A DNA stretch of 55,401 nt from a virus. Lineage: Duplodnaviria > Caudoviricetes. Positions 35,055 through 45,459 of this stretch are shown here, piece after piece (the first letter of the stretch is position 1; every line of letters starts with the position of its first letter). Under the pieces are notes generated by a model. It saw only the letters and a program-made list of their open reading frames with translations. It made no database searches and was not told where the DNA came from. The stretch covers positions 1 through 55,401 of IMG/VR virus record IMGVR_UViG_3300009503_000039, one strand, 5' to 3'. Made by a program: the position numbers and the translations under genes.

Positions 35055-36125
35055 ATGTCTAAACCTTCAGTAGTTTCGGGACTTTCAATTTCTGTTTTAA
35101 CTGATAGTGCTCCTGAAACTTTTACTTTAACATGGAACCAAAGTACAGATAATGCTGTTATCGGATATAATGTTTATCGGGGGTTTATACCTGAAACAGG
35201 AGAGAAGATAAATCATAGTTTAATTACTACTACTTCTTTTACAACTACTACACAAATAGTACCGGATGTTAATTTCTATTGGTTTGTTACAGCGGTAAAT
35301 TCTTTTGGAGAGGAATCTGATATTCAACTTCGAGGAATTACAACAGAAAATACTAAAGCCTTTGAATTAAATCCCATCACTAATGTTACTGATGCTTTTG
35401 AAAATGAAGCTTATAATGATGGTGAATATATGTTAGATTACTATAATGAGATTAGAAGAAGACTTTTATGGGTGTTAGAGAATACCGGATTTAATGGTGC
35501 TTTGTTAAAAAGAAAATGGATTGGTTCATCACATGTAGATGCAATGACAAGAGGAAACGGTTTAATAGATGTAATGAATCAAATAGATTTTGGAGAAAAA
35601 ATAGATATTAAAGGTGTAGGAGATATAGAAGGAAATTATAATTATGTTTATGGTAGAGATTATATTTGGTATAATACATATGGTCAAACTTGGACTTATA
35701 TACAATGGTTATCAACTGGAAATTCTCCATCAGAAGGGGAAAAATATTTTGTAAGATATCAAGATATAAATTGTAGATGTTATGAAAACGAAGCTGGGGA
35801 AGGAAACAAAACATGTCCAATATGCTATGGTACTTGGATTCAAGGAGGTTATGTTAAATTTGATATGAAAATGATGTATGAATCAACAGGAGATAAAAGA
35901 ATAGAATTCACAAATATGGGCTTTATTCCTAATTATAATCCTGTAATAATTTTACCTTGGACTGCTCATATTACAACTTTCGATGTAATTGTGGATAAAA
36001 CCACAAATAGAAGATGGGAAATAGTATCTGTGAGACCTTATCCGTGGAGGAACTTATTGATTCAACAAAATGTAGAAGTTAGATTGTTACCAGAAACACA
36101 TATTATATATCAATATCCCGTTTAA
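35055..36125 (+). CDS. FN3-containing neck/head-closure-like protein
   Basis: FN3 motifs LTW...GYNVYRG...Y.WFVTAVN..GEES; CRC...CPICYGT..GGY. Confidence 0.7.
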   Translation: MSKPSVVSGLSISVLTDSAPETFTLTWNQSTDNAVIGYNVYRGFIPETGEKINHSLITTTSFTTTTQIVPDVNFYWFVTAVNSFGEESDIQLRGITTENTKAFELNPITNVTDAFENEAYNDGEYMLDYYNEIRRRLLWVLENTGFNGALLKRKWIGSSHVDAMTRGNGLIDVMNQIDFGEKIDIKGVGDIEGNYNYVYGRDYIWYNTYGQTWTYIQWLSTGNSPSEGEKYFVRYQDINCRCYENEAGEGNKTCPICYGTWIQGGYVKFDMKMMYESTGDKRIEFTNMGFIPNYNPVIILPWTAHITTFDVIVDKTTNRRWEIVSVRPYPWRNLLIQQNVEVRLLPETHIIYQYPV

Positions 36126-36135
36126 AGAGGTTAAA

Positions 36136-36348
36136 ATGGATGAAGCATTTAGTGTTCAAGATAATATAGAAAATGAAAGTGAAGAAGAGTTTAAAAAAAA
36201 TAATAAAGAGGAATATGCTGTAATTATAAAGTTTAAAACGATTGGGGATTTTGTAGATTTTATACATGTAATTAATAGAGGAAATATTAATGAATTATTG
36301 GAACATATTCAAAAAAATAGGATAAAAAATCATTTAGAAAAAATATAG
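36136..36348 (+). CDS. Small hypothetical protein
   Basis: GAGG RBS, 70 aa. Confidence 0.55.
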   Translation: MDEAFSVQDNIENESEEEFKKNNKEEYAVIIKFKTIGDFVDFIHVINRGNINELLEHIQKNRIKNHLEKI

Positions 36349-36357
36349 GAGGCTACA

Positions 36358-36963
36358 ATTACTTGGAAAGCAGTTAAGCATGTTAAAAATATTTTTGTTA
36401 ATGCTTTACGGCTAATTTTTCAGACTCCATATGCTAAAAATATATCAGCTGACGGAAATGTAATCTATGATTATAGTTGGACTCAAAACAAACAAACCAC
36501 TAAAATAGATATACTAAGAGCATTTCCAGAGACAGCATCTAAAGTGCCGATGATTATTGTTACAGCAAGTACTGGTTCAGCTCCGCTGATGACTTATTTA
36601 GCTGATGTTGTAGAAGATACCAGAAGTACAGAGCAGCAACTTACTGTTGGAGGAAAATTTAATATAAGTGTTACTATAGATGTAATTGCAGAAACTACTG
36701 TTGATAGAGATAATATAGTCGATATTATTACTACGAATATGTTATGGCTAAATAAACGAATATTTGAAGTTGATTATAATTTATACATACAAAGTTTAAC
36801 TTATGGTCCTGAATCGCAAAGAGATTTTGGAGGAAGATTTTTTCATATTCAATCAATGACATTTGATACTTATACTGAATGGTATGAAGAGGTAGATCTT
36901 TCTTCATATCCTAACTTGACAGAAATAAATTTAACTACAGAATTAGTAGAACTAGGAGAATAA
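36358..36963 (+). CDS. Putative tail-terminator/neck protein, extended to an ATT start (201 aa)
   Basis: Frame is open 62 codons upstream of the track's GTG 36544; AGGAGG lies 5 nt before ATT 36358; FP...P.I.V and IDV.AETT.DRD motifs. Confidence 0.65.
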   Translation: MTWKAVKHVKNIFVNALRLIFQTPYAKNISADGNVIYDYSWTQNKQTTKIDILRAFPETASKVPMIIVTASTGSAPLMTYLADVVEDTRSTEQQLTVGGKFNISVTIDVIAETTVDRDNIVDIITTNMLWLNKRIFEVDYNLYIQSLTYGPESQRDFGGRFFHIQSMTFDTYTEWYEEVDLSSYPNLTEINLTTELVELGE

Positions 36964-36964
36964 T

Positions 36965-37351
36965 ATGGAAAGCTTTAAACAAAATATTATAAATTTAATT
37001 AAAACTTCAGCAGGACTAACTCAACAAGATATGGATTTAGTTGCCGAAAGAGCTGCTAAGCAAATGGCAATTACATATCTTAAAGAAATAGGTATTTTAA
37101 TAACAGATGAAAATTCAGTAATTGTGAAGTTATTGCCTGAAATTATAAAGAAAGAAAAAGGCCTTAAATATTATATGCATGGAATTGTATATGTAACTGT
37201 ATTAGGAAAACCTAAAATTTCTTTTAAATTTAGGTTTACTCCAACAGATTATATGTATCCGAATGTATTAGAAATAGATGGAAAAATCTATGAATTTTCC
37301 CCAGAAGGAGTAGAGAAATATAAATCAGAACAAGAACAACAATCGAAATAA
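36965..37351 (+). CDS. Hypothetical protein
   Basis: AGGAG RBS, 128 aa. Confidence 0.7.
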   Translation: MESFKQNIINLIKTSAGLTQQDMDLVAERAAKQMAITYLKEIGILITDENSVIVKLLPEIIKKEKGLKYYMHGIVYVTVLGKPKISFKFRFTPTDYMYPNVLEIDGKIYEFSPEGVEKYKSEQEQQSK

Positions 37352-37376
37352 TGAATAGTTTTTAAAGGAGGTAAAA

Positions 37377-39026
37377 ATGTCACCAGTAATAAGTACATAT
37401 GATGCACCTAGTGCTAGATCAAGAAGATTGCCGGATCTTGGAGGACCAGCTTTACCGGGATCTATTCAAGTTTTAGGTTTGGTCGGAAAGGGGCAGAATT
37501 ATTATACAGCCGAAGATGAACAGGTAGTTAGAGGATCTACAGAAAATGGAGTAGATGCTTTAACACATACCGGAGTATTACGAATTCTAAACATTATAGA
37601 TGAATATGGAGAAAGTTATACTCAGGGTCCAACAGCAGATTATGTTTTATCTGGAAATAGTGTAAGTTGGGAATATGTTGGTAGTGGTTCTTTAGGAACT
37701 CCCACAAATTATATTAATAATACTATGGCTAGTAAAACTCATGTTTCAAGAAAAGGAGGAGAATATTTAAGTTCAGATGTTTACATGGTTCATTGTCATT
37801 CTCCAGGATCAGCGGGAGTAGGAACTTACAGTGTTCGTTCTTTAATAGAAGGAATTACTGCTACAAATGTAATAAGTGGTACTACAAGAACAGATATTAT
37901 TCCTGGAGTTCAATTATACGTTCAGGATACTTTAGGAGCTGCCGTAGGAGATGGTTGTTCTTTTACTAATGTGTATGGTTATAATGCAAAAGAACCTGCT
38001 CCTGGGGTAAAATATTTTGTGACATATGATTACTTAAAATCAGAAACAGATTATGAACCAAAAACATTTTATAAATTAGATGATGTTAGAAAAGAGTATG
38101 GTGAGGAAAGTTCAGATAATACTTTGACAATTGGAGCAAATCTGGCTTTTCAAAATAGTGCTCAAAAAATAGTTTGTGTTCCAGTTTATGGTTTAGTAGA
38201 AGGGATGGCAGAACCTCAGATTGTTGCTCGATATAAAGAAGCAATTGATAAGTTGAAAGAAGAAGATATTAATGTATTAGTTGTGCTTTATCCAAGCGAT
38301 ACATTAGCCGCTTATATTAAAGCTCATGTAGACCAAATGAGTTCAACTCTTGAGAAAAAAGAAAGAATTGCGGTTATTGGAGCACCTATAGGTACTTCTA
38401 TTGAAAACTTCATTGCAAAAGCACGAGCATTATCAGATTCACGATGTATATATGTTGCTCCTGATGGAGGAGTTGCAACTATTAATGATGTAACTTATAC
38501 TCTGGATGGAACTTATTTAGCCGCTGCTTTAGGTGGTTTATTGACAAATCCTAATTATGATGTTGCAGAAACTCCAACCTTAAAAGAAATAGTTGGATTT
38601 GATAGTTTAAATTCAACTTATATTAGAAGTCAAATGAATAGTATGGCTGCTGCAGGAGTATGCATATTAGAAAATAAAAATGGAATAATTCGTGTAAGGC
38701 ATGCTCTTACTACTGATACATCGACTGTGAATAGGCAAGAAATTAGTGTTCAAAGAATTACAGATTATTTAGCAGTAACTTTAAGAACTATCTTGGAAAA
38801 AATTTACATTCCAGTAAAAATAACTTCTGAAGTTCCAGGACAGGTTAAAAAGACAACTACTATAGTTCTTGATATGCTTGTTTCTGCAAGAATTATTAGT
38901 AATTATTCTGATGTAGATGCAATACAGAATGCACAAGATCCAAGAATTATTGATGTAACACTTAAAGTAAAACCAGTTTATCCTTTGAACTGGATTGATA
39001 TTTCTTTTGCTTTAGGAACATTTTAA
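37377..39026 (+). CDS. Contractile tail sheath protein
   Basis: HVDQMS...KKER, YLAAALGG, AAGVCILE...IRVRHALTT, EISV, KPVYPLNWI. Confidence 0.92.
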   Translation: MSPVISTYDAPSARSRRLPDLGGPALPGSIQVLGLVGKGQNYYTAEDEQVVRGSTENGVDALTHTGVLRILNIIDEYGESYTQGPTADYVLSGNSVSWEYVGSGSLGTPTNYINNTMASKTHVSRKGGEYLSSDVYMVHCHSPGSAGVGTYSVRSLIEGITATNVISGTTRTDIIPGVQLYVQDTLGAAVGDGCSFTNVYGYNAKEPAPGVKYFVTYDYLKSETDYEPKTFYKLDDVRKEYGEESSDNTLTIGANLAFQNSAQKIVCVPVYGLVEGMAEPQIVARYKEAIDKLKEEDINVLVVLYPSDTLAAYIKAHVDQMSSTLEKKERIAVIGAPIGTSIENFIAKARALSDSRCIYVAPDGGVATINDVTYTLDGTYLAAALGGLLTNPNYDVAETPTLKEIVGFDSLNSTYIRSQMNSMAAAGVCILENKNGIIRVRHALTTDTSTVNRQEISVQRITDYLAVTLRTILEKIYIPVKITSEVPGQVKKTTTIVLDMLVSARIISNYSDVDAIQNAQDPRIIDVTLKVKPVYPLNWIDISFALGTF

Positions 39027-39049
39027 GTAATTTATAGGAGGTGATTTAA

Positions 39050-39544
39050 ATGCCAGTAGCTCAGACAAAAGCAAGAACAGCTAAAAGTATTACTTTGTAT
39101 GTTTTACCCGACATTAATGCAGATATTGCTAACATGTCTCTTGCAGAATTAACAGCACAGTTTAAAAATGGGGTAAAAATAGGAGGAGCGCAGTCTATAT
39201 CAATATCAGACGATATATCATTAGGAAGGGTAAGAGAGTTAGATGCTTCTGAAGAAGGAGAAACTCTTGAAATAGTACCCGGAGTAGAAGATATAACTTT
39301 GACTTTAAGAAGAGTTGAATTTTATGATTCTACTATAGCAGAAGCTTTAGGATATAGTACAGAGGAATTGATTAGGCATAGAACTCCTTTTGCAATTCAA
39401 ATAGAAAAAAGTGCTCCAGATGGAACTACAAAGTATGAATACTTTTTAGGCTGTAGATTAAAATCAAATCCGGTAGGATATGATATTACTGCAGATCCGC
39501 CAGTATATCAAGAAGTAACAATTTGGGCAGCAAAGCGTAGATAA
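39050..39544 (+). CDS. Tail tube protein
   Basis: Follows the sheath; IGGAQSIS...RVREL...EIVPG...TLRRVEFY. Confidence 0.85.
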   Translation: MPVAQTKARTAKSITLYVLPDINADIANMSLAELTAQFKNGVKIGGAQSISISDDISLGRVRELDASEEGETLEIVPGVEDITLTLRRVEFYDSTIAEALGYSTEELIRHRTPFAIQIEKSAPDGTTKYEYFLGCRLKSNPVGYDITADPPVYQEVTIWAAKRR

Positions 39545-39563
39545 ATAATAAGGAGGTTAGACG

Positions 39564-39908
39564 ATGAATATTGAGAATTTGATAGAACTAGGTAGAGTTA
39601 CAAAAAGTATTAAGATTAATGGTATTGAAATACAAATGCATACATTATCTACTGAAGAAGAGTTAAAAGCATATGAAGCCACATCTAATAAGATTCTGGA
39701 TACTTATAGTAGATTAAGAGCTTTAGAGGTAGAAACTTTAGTGAATGCTATAGATAAAATTAATGGTATACCTGTATCAGAAAATGAAAAAAGAGAATTT
39801 TTAAATAAAATGCAGAAAGCTACTAAAGATAAATTAGTAGATTTTTACAATCAATTAGATCAAGAAAGTATTCAGAATATTAAAATTGAAAACGTAAAAA
39901 ACGGATAA
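39564..39908 (+). CDS. Tail assembly chaperone (G-like)
   Basis: Between tube and tape measure; ends in slippery A AAA AAC. Confidence 0.75.
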   Translation: MNIENLIELGRVTKSIKINGIEIQMHTLSTEEELKAYEATSNKILDTYSRLRALEVETLVNAIDKINGIPVSENEKREFLNKMQKATKDKLVDFYNQLDQESIQNIKIENVKNG

Positions 39909-40180
39909 AGGAGTCGTTCAATCGTTTTATCTGGTTTTTGTGTAAAACTTATAGAACGACTCCTAATTCAGAATTTATTCGTAGTATTTCGAAAAATGAA
40001 TTAATGTGGATGTATTTTCACTGGTTGCAAGATCGGGAAGATGAAATATCAAAGTTAGAATATTTAGCGGGAATAATTAATCCAGATTTTGGAAAATATT
40101 TGAGAAGTAAACAAACTGAAGAGACTTACGAAGTAGTAAATGAAGATCAGTTAACTGAGTTTAATATTGAGGAAAAATAA
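39902..40180 (+). CDS. Tail assembly chaperone extension (T-like), reached by -1 frameshift
   Basis: The -1 frame is open from the slippery site: RIKESFNRFIWFLCKTY... Confidence 0.7.
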   Translation, partial: RIKESFNRFIWFLCKTYRTTPNSEFIRSISKNELMWMYFHWLQDREDEISKLEYLAGIINPDFGKYLRSKQTEETYEVVNEDQLTEFNIEEK

Positions 40181-41664
40181 TGGCTGATAACGAAAACACT
40201 TCTAAAATTTTAACTCCACAACAAGCTGAAAGAAATATAGCTGAACGGATAATGCTAGAAGAGCGATTAGCGAAAAGAATATCGCAGCTTTCAAGAGATA
40301 GATTTTCTGAAGAAACATCTCAGCTTAAAAAGTTAAGAGATGAATATAAAAAATTAGCTGATGAAAAAATAGCAAGCATTACTAAGGAAATAGAAACAAG
40401 AAAAGAGACTTTAAAAATGTTGAACAAAGAAAGTGAGGCTGCTAAACAACTTGAAGAAGAAATAAAAAAATACTCTACTGAACGCGCAAATGTTGAGGTA
40501 GAAAGGGATCAAAAAATTGATGCTATTAATCAAAAATTGAGTGAAAATAGGAAAGATAGAATAAAAAGTGAAGCTGGAGAAATACAACGTACATTTTTAA
40601 GTTTTTTGCACACAGGAACTTATGTTGCATTCGGCTTATCTCTTATGTATTTAACTGGTATGCAACGAATGACTGAAGCCTCAGTAGAAAGATTAGGATT
40701 AGTTACAGGTAAAGGAGCTGGAAATTTAAAAGATTTGGCTAAAGCAAGTACAGATTTAGGTATAAGTATGTATCGTATTATAGACGAAATTGCCCCATAT
40801 ATGCTTGAATTTACTGCTACAGTAGGGGGAGCTACAGCAGAAGCAACAAAAGATTTGATGACTACTGCTTACAATTTTTCAAAAGCTTGGGGAATAAATG
40901 TAGATACTATAATTGATTCTTATACAAATTTAAGATTACATTCACGAATTGCTAATGAAGATATATCTAGAACTTTTGCACAATTATTAGCATATTCCAC
41001 GGAAGCTCATGTTCCAGCACCTGAATATTTAAGTTTTCTTAATGAAATGGCTGATTCTTATCACTTAATAGGAGTAAATGTTATTACAGCCGCTAATGCA
41101 TTTGATAAATTAAAAGATAAAATTATAGGTGTTAGACAAGCTGGTAGAATGACTAAATCTGATGTTGAGTCAGTTATTAGAGGAATTTCCGGAGCGGTTA
41201 GTGGAATGGGTATTGGACAATTATTTGGTTATGGAGCATTAGCTGGATATTCTCCAGAAAGGATAGTAAATGCCTTAGAAAGAGGAGGACCTGGAGAATT
41301 GATGAAAATGATACTTCCAGGCATAGAAAGACAATTAGCCGCTACTGGAAATACAGCTTTTGGTCGTGCAGTACGTTATGCTACTGAACAAAGAATATTT
41401 GGTAATACTTTAGCATTGTGGGCAGCAATGGGTAGAACATCTATAGGTGATATAATGACAAACAAAAATTTAGAAAAATATCTTTCTGTTAGTGATCGAT
41501 TACAAAAAGAAGCTGCAATTAATGCTAGAGACTCCGTGAATATATTAAATAGAATAATTGAATATGTAGAAAATTGGGCTAAAACCGGAGTTGGAGTAAC
41601 TATTATGAAAATTGCTCCTAGTGTTTGGGGTGGTGGTGAATCTTCAGTTATACCGGTGAGATAA
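40180..41664 (+). CDS. Tape measure protein (short, 494 aa)
   Basis: Position; coiled-coil N-terminus, then A/G-rich helical body. Confidence 0.75.
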   Translation: MADNENTSKILTPQQAERNIAERIMLEERLAKRISQLSRDRFSEETSQLKKLRDEYKKLADEKIASITKEIETRKETLKMLNKESEAAKQLEEEIKKYSTERANVEVERDQKIDAINQKLSENRKDRIKSEAGEIQRTFLSFLHTGTYVAFGLSLMYLTGMQRMTEASVERLGLVTGKGAGNLKDLAKASTDLGISMYRIIDEIAPYMLEFTATVGGATAEATKDLMTTAYNFSKAWGINVDTIIDSYTNLRLHSRIANEDISRTFAQLLAYSTEAHVPAPEYLSFLNEMADSYHLIGVNVITAANAFDKLKDKIIGVRQAGRMTKSDVESVIRGISGAVSGMGIGQLFGYGALAGYSPERIVNALERGGPGELMKMILPGIERQLAATGNTAFGRAVRYATEQRIFGNTLALWAAMGRTSIGDIMTNKNLEKYLSVSDRLQKEAAINARDSVNILNRIIEYVENWAKTGVGVTIMKIAPSVWGGGESSVIPVR

Positions 41665-41665
41665 C

Positions 41666-42367
41666 ATGGCTGAAATATTTTCAAAAACAATAAAAAAGTA
41701 TTTGCCATCTCCTACAGCTGGTTTAGAGATGGCATATCAGGATGTAACAAAGGGATATTCTTCAAACAGAATACCTTTGTCTTTTGAGATATCTTATTTA
41801 GATAATGAGAAGAAAAAAGCAACAAAAGTTATTTCAATGCTTGTTAATCCGAATAATATGAGTGTAAAAAGACAATCAACTGTAACTTCTTATTTAACTA
41901 GAGATGGTTTAGTAAATCAGTATTGGCGTCCTCAAGCAGATCAAATAGTTTTTAAAGGAATAGCGGCGGGTGATAAGTCGATGAGAATTTTATGTGATTT
42001 AAAAAATATTGTAGACTCTATTAATCTAAAAACTCAAATTGCTAATAATACTGTAAAATTAAAATATAAAGGTAATTCTTATGAAGGTTATTTATCTGGT
42101 ATTACTATTGAAGTAGATGCAGAAAACCCTAAAATATTTAATTATGAATTTACATTCACAAATACTGGCGAAAATTCGTTTGATTTTTCAGATATGAGTT
42201 TACGTTATGATACATTAAAAATTAATTATGAGGCATCAAAAGAAGTTTTATCAAGAATCACAGGAGCTGCTGAAGTTACAAAAAAAATACCAAAATATAT
42301 AGATACAACAGTTAAAATGCTTTCAGTTTCTGAAAAAATAATTCAACAGATACAAGGGAAAATCTAA
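41666..42367 (+). CDS. Tail tube initiator-like baseplate protein
   Basis: LVNPNNMSV...LTRDG...YW...IVFKG; after the tape measure. Confidence 0.6.
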   Translation: MAEIFSKTIKKYLPSPTAGLEMAYQDVTKGYSSNRIPLSFEISYLDNEKKKATKVISMLVNPNNMSVKRQSTVTSYLTRDGLVNQYWRPQADQIVFKGIAAGDKSMRILCDLKNIVDSINLKTQIANNTVKLKYKGNSYEGYLSGITIEVDAENPKIFNYEFTFTNTGENSFDFSDMSLRYDTLKINYEASKEVLSRITGAAEVTKKIPKYIDTTVKMLSVSEKIIQQIQGKI

Positions 42368-45300
42368 TGTTAGAAAAAATTTCATCTGATAAAGAAACTA
42401 GAGTAGTATACAATTATAAATATGATGTTAAAGGTTATATTTATTCTTTAAGACTGAAACCTAGAACAGATACACCTAATATATATGACGTGTTTAAAGA
42501 TGTAGAGAATTATAAGTATAAAGATGCAACTCAAATGTATGCAATTGACTTGATATTTGAAAATAATGAAACTTTAGAATTTGAAAAATATGATTACAGA
42601 AAATTCGATTTAAAATATATTAAAAGTTATAGTTATCAAAGATCTTTAGAAACAAGACCTGCAACGTTAGATATTGTATTGGCAAATCCAGTACAATCTT
42701 ATGCTTCATCTGAATTTACTTATACCAAATCTCAAACTATAACAACACATTTAGGACAATCTAATAATCCTTTAACTAATGTTAGATTTGAAAATATTCC
42801 TAAACGATATTATGATATTTTTGATCCATACAGCGGAATTTTTAGATTAGGAATCCAGCCATTAGACTACATAGAATTATATGAAGCTAAAGTCGATATA
42901 GATAAGGATTTTGAAGAATCTGATTATAAACCTATTTTCAGAGGATTTATTACTACTGTTAGTGATGATTATAATAATAATGAATTTACTGTTAGTATAA
43001 ATGCTGAAAGTATTTTGTCACTTTTTGATCAAAGTCAAGTAGTTACTAATCAAGCGGTGTTTCAAGATATAAGTTTGGGAAATGAAGAAAAATCACCGCT
43101 TGCATATGACAATACTTTTTCTATAAGATTAGATAAACTAACATTATTTAAAGATATAGCTCTTCCTCTAGAAACTAGAAATCCATCTGACATCATTATG
43201 CAAATTATATCTTGGGTTTTTAGAGCTAGATATAAATATTCTGAACTTTTAAAATTAAAAAAAGAAGATGTAAAACCTCCTATGGAATTACCAATTTCAG
43301 AATCTGATTGGATACGTGAAATTACAGAACTTAATTCAACAGAAAAACTGTTATTTAGTGATAATCCTGCTATAGATTTTGAAGAAACTCAAAAGTATAA
43401 TGAATATCATGTTTTAAGATATAGAAGAGATTCAATGATAGCAAAAATAAAAGAATTGAAAAATAAATTAGAAAAGTTTACTTTAGAAAGAAAAATTTCT
43501 GATGATAAAAAAGAAACATATTTAGAAACAAAACCTGATGAATATCAAGCAAATTTAATTTTGGTGCTTTTGTATTTTATTGGTCTTTATGAAAATGCAA
43601 GAAGAAATAATGAAGATTTTATTGAATTAGCACGAATTAAAAAAACTAATCTCAAAGGATTTGAATTATCTTTTAGCACCGATTGGGAAACCGTTATATC
43701 GTCATTTCATTCTGCTATAGATATTTTTAATAATGTATCAGAAATGATTCATTATGTATGTTATGAAGATGAAATTGGAAGAATAATATTTGATTATCCT
43801 CAACTTAACGGTGATATAAATGATTTTAGTAGTGAGATAGCTGAAAAGCATATTATAGATACAACACAAGAAATTAGTTCAAATATAACTTATACTGAAA
43901 AAGATTTTATCACAACTGTTATTAATGATTGGGCTACTGAATGGGGTGATATGAATGATCCAAGTACTTTTAAGACTTTAGGTGTAGCTTCAAAAACCTA
44001 TGCTATGTTTACCCCAGATGAACTAGCTAGATACGGATTTAGAATTGCAGAAATAAGAAATATAAATATTTTCGAGAATGTAGAATTTGGAAAATTACAT
44101 GCTCTGGCATATAAAGCTTTAAATAATGTTCGTTGTACTACATTAACTATAAATATCCCAAATGAACCATTTATTTTAATAAATGAACCTGTTTATGTTA
44201 AATTTAAAGGTTTAATGGGGCTTACAATAAATATTTCTAAAAACTTTACTTACGGTTCACAAGCTACTGAAACTTTAACTTTAGTTTATTTACGCAGAGT
44301 ATTTGTTGAAGATCCGCTTTTAATTCATAAATCAGCGAACGATTATACTTTAACCCCCTTGTACCCAGAATATTTACCAACATATCAGTTTATGGACGCA
44401 ATTCCTATCAAACCCCAAAAACCTAAAACTGTAGTAGAAAAACCAAGTGAACCCAAAGCTAAAAAAAGTTCTGATAAACCAAAAACAAATTTATATAGCT
44501 ATCCTTTAATTACAATAATTGTAGATAAAAACATAATAACTAGTAAAACTGAAGTTAATAGTTATACAACAGAAAATATAGGAATCAATAAAGTTCCTTG
44601 TGAGTTGTATCATATTTGTGAAGATGGTTTTTTATGCGTATCTCCTTCAGTAGTTAAGATACCTTGTAAATCTAGAATTATACAGTTTATAAAAAATGAT
44701 GAATATTGTGGTGATATTTTATTACTTATGGACGATAGAACTTCAGGATCAAAAGAAAATTACTACTTTTTTCTTTTAGCGAATCTTGATACCTATAACA
44801 TTTCACCTTTTAATAAAAAAGATTATTATCTTTCTGTATTGAATCAAGATCAAGAAATAGGAGATGTAGCAATTAATAGATATGATCCAGTAAAAGGAAA
44901 TTTCTCACATATAAAATCAGTATTAAACTTAGGTATAGAACAATTTGGCTCAGTTATTAATCTTAAAAACTCTTTTTTTGGAAAATATTTAACATCTTCA
45001 AAAATGTATAGTTTTATAACAGCCGCTATGACAGAAAGAGTATCCTTTAAAGAAAAAGAAAGAGGGCAACAAGTTGAAAAAAATTTATCAGATTTACTTA
45101 CGAGTAAAAATCGGCCTAAAAGTGAAGATTGGTATTCTTGGATGGAAGCTTTTTATAATAAACATATAGGTTTAAAAGATTATTTAGAAGAATTTCAAGA
45201 AATTATGAAAACAATACTTTACGGAATTGTTGAAAAAATACAATTTAAAGATTATTTTAAAAAAGTTTCATCTCCATTAGGATTATATGTAAATATTTAT

Positions 45301-45450
45301 AAAATTTCCCATAAGATAAAATCTAATCAGCTAAAAGATTTTAACATTATTAGAACAAAAGATAAAATTAAAGTTACACATAAAGATTTACATTTAGATT
45401 TATTATCATATGATAGTAAAGAAGTTTACCCAAACGCTAAAAAAGTTTAG
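42367..45450 (+). CDS. Baseplate hub-like protein
   Basis: IFRGFITTVSD.Y, YEDEIGRIIF..P, RYGFR; position. Confidence 0.7.
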   Translation: MLEKISSDKETRVVYNYKYDVKGYIYSLRLKPRTDTPNIYDVFKDVENYKYKDATQMYAIDLIFENNETLEFEKYDYRKFDLKYIKSYSYQRSLETRPATLDIVLANPVQSYASSEFTYTKSQTITTHLGQSNNPLTNVRFENIPKRYYDIFDPYSGIFRLGIQPLDYIELYEAKVDIDKDFEESDYKPIFRGFITTVSDDYNNNEFTVSINAESILSLFDQSQVVTNQAVFQDISLGNEEKSPLAYDNTFSIRLDKLTLFKDIALPLETRNPSDIIMQIISWVFRARYKYSELLKLKKEDVKPPMELPISESDWIREITELNSTEKLLFSDNPAIDFEETQKYNEYHVLRYRRDSMIAKIKELKNKLEKFTLERKISDDKKETYLETKPDEYQANLILVLLYFIGLYENARRNNEDFIELARIKKTNLKGFELSFSTDWETVISSFHSAIDIFNNVSEMIHYVCYEDEIGRIIFDYPQLNGDINDFSSEIAEKHIIDTTQEISSNITYTEKDFITTVINDWATEWGDMNDPSTFKTLGVASKTYAMFTPDELARYGFRIAEIRNINIFENVEFGKLHALAYKALNNVRCTTLTINIPNEPFILINEPVYVKFKGLMGLTINISKNFTYGSQATETLTLVYLRRVFVEDPLLIHKSANDYTLTPLYPEYLPTYQFMDAIPIKPQKPKTVVEKPSEPKAKKSSDKPKTNLYSYPLITIIVDKNIITSKTEVNSYTTENIGINKVPCELYHICEDGFLCVSPSVVKIPCKSRIIQFIKNDEYCGDILLLMDDRTSGSKENYYFFLLANLDTYNISPFNKKDYYLSVLNQDQEIGDVAINRYDPVKGNFSHIKSVLNLGIEQFGSVINLKNSFFGKYLTSSKMYSFITAAMTERVSFKEKERGQQVEKNLSDLLTSKNRPKSEDWYSWMEAFYNKHIGLKDYLEEFQEIMKTILYGIVEKIQFKDYFKKVSSPLGLYVNIYKISHKIKSNQLKDFNIIRTKDKIKVTHKDLHLDLLSYDSKEVYPNAKKV

Positions 45451-45459
45451 AGAGTTAAA

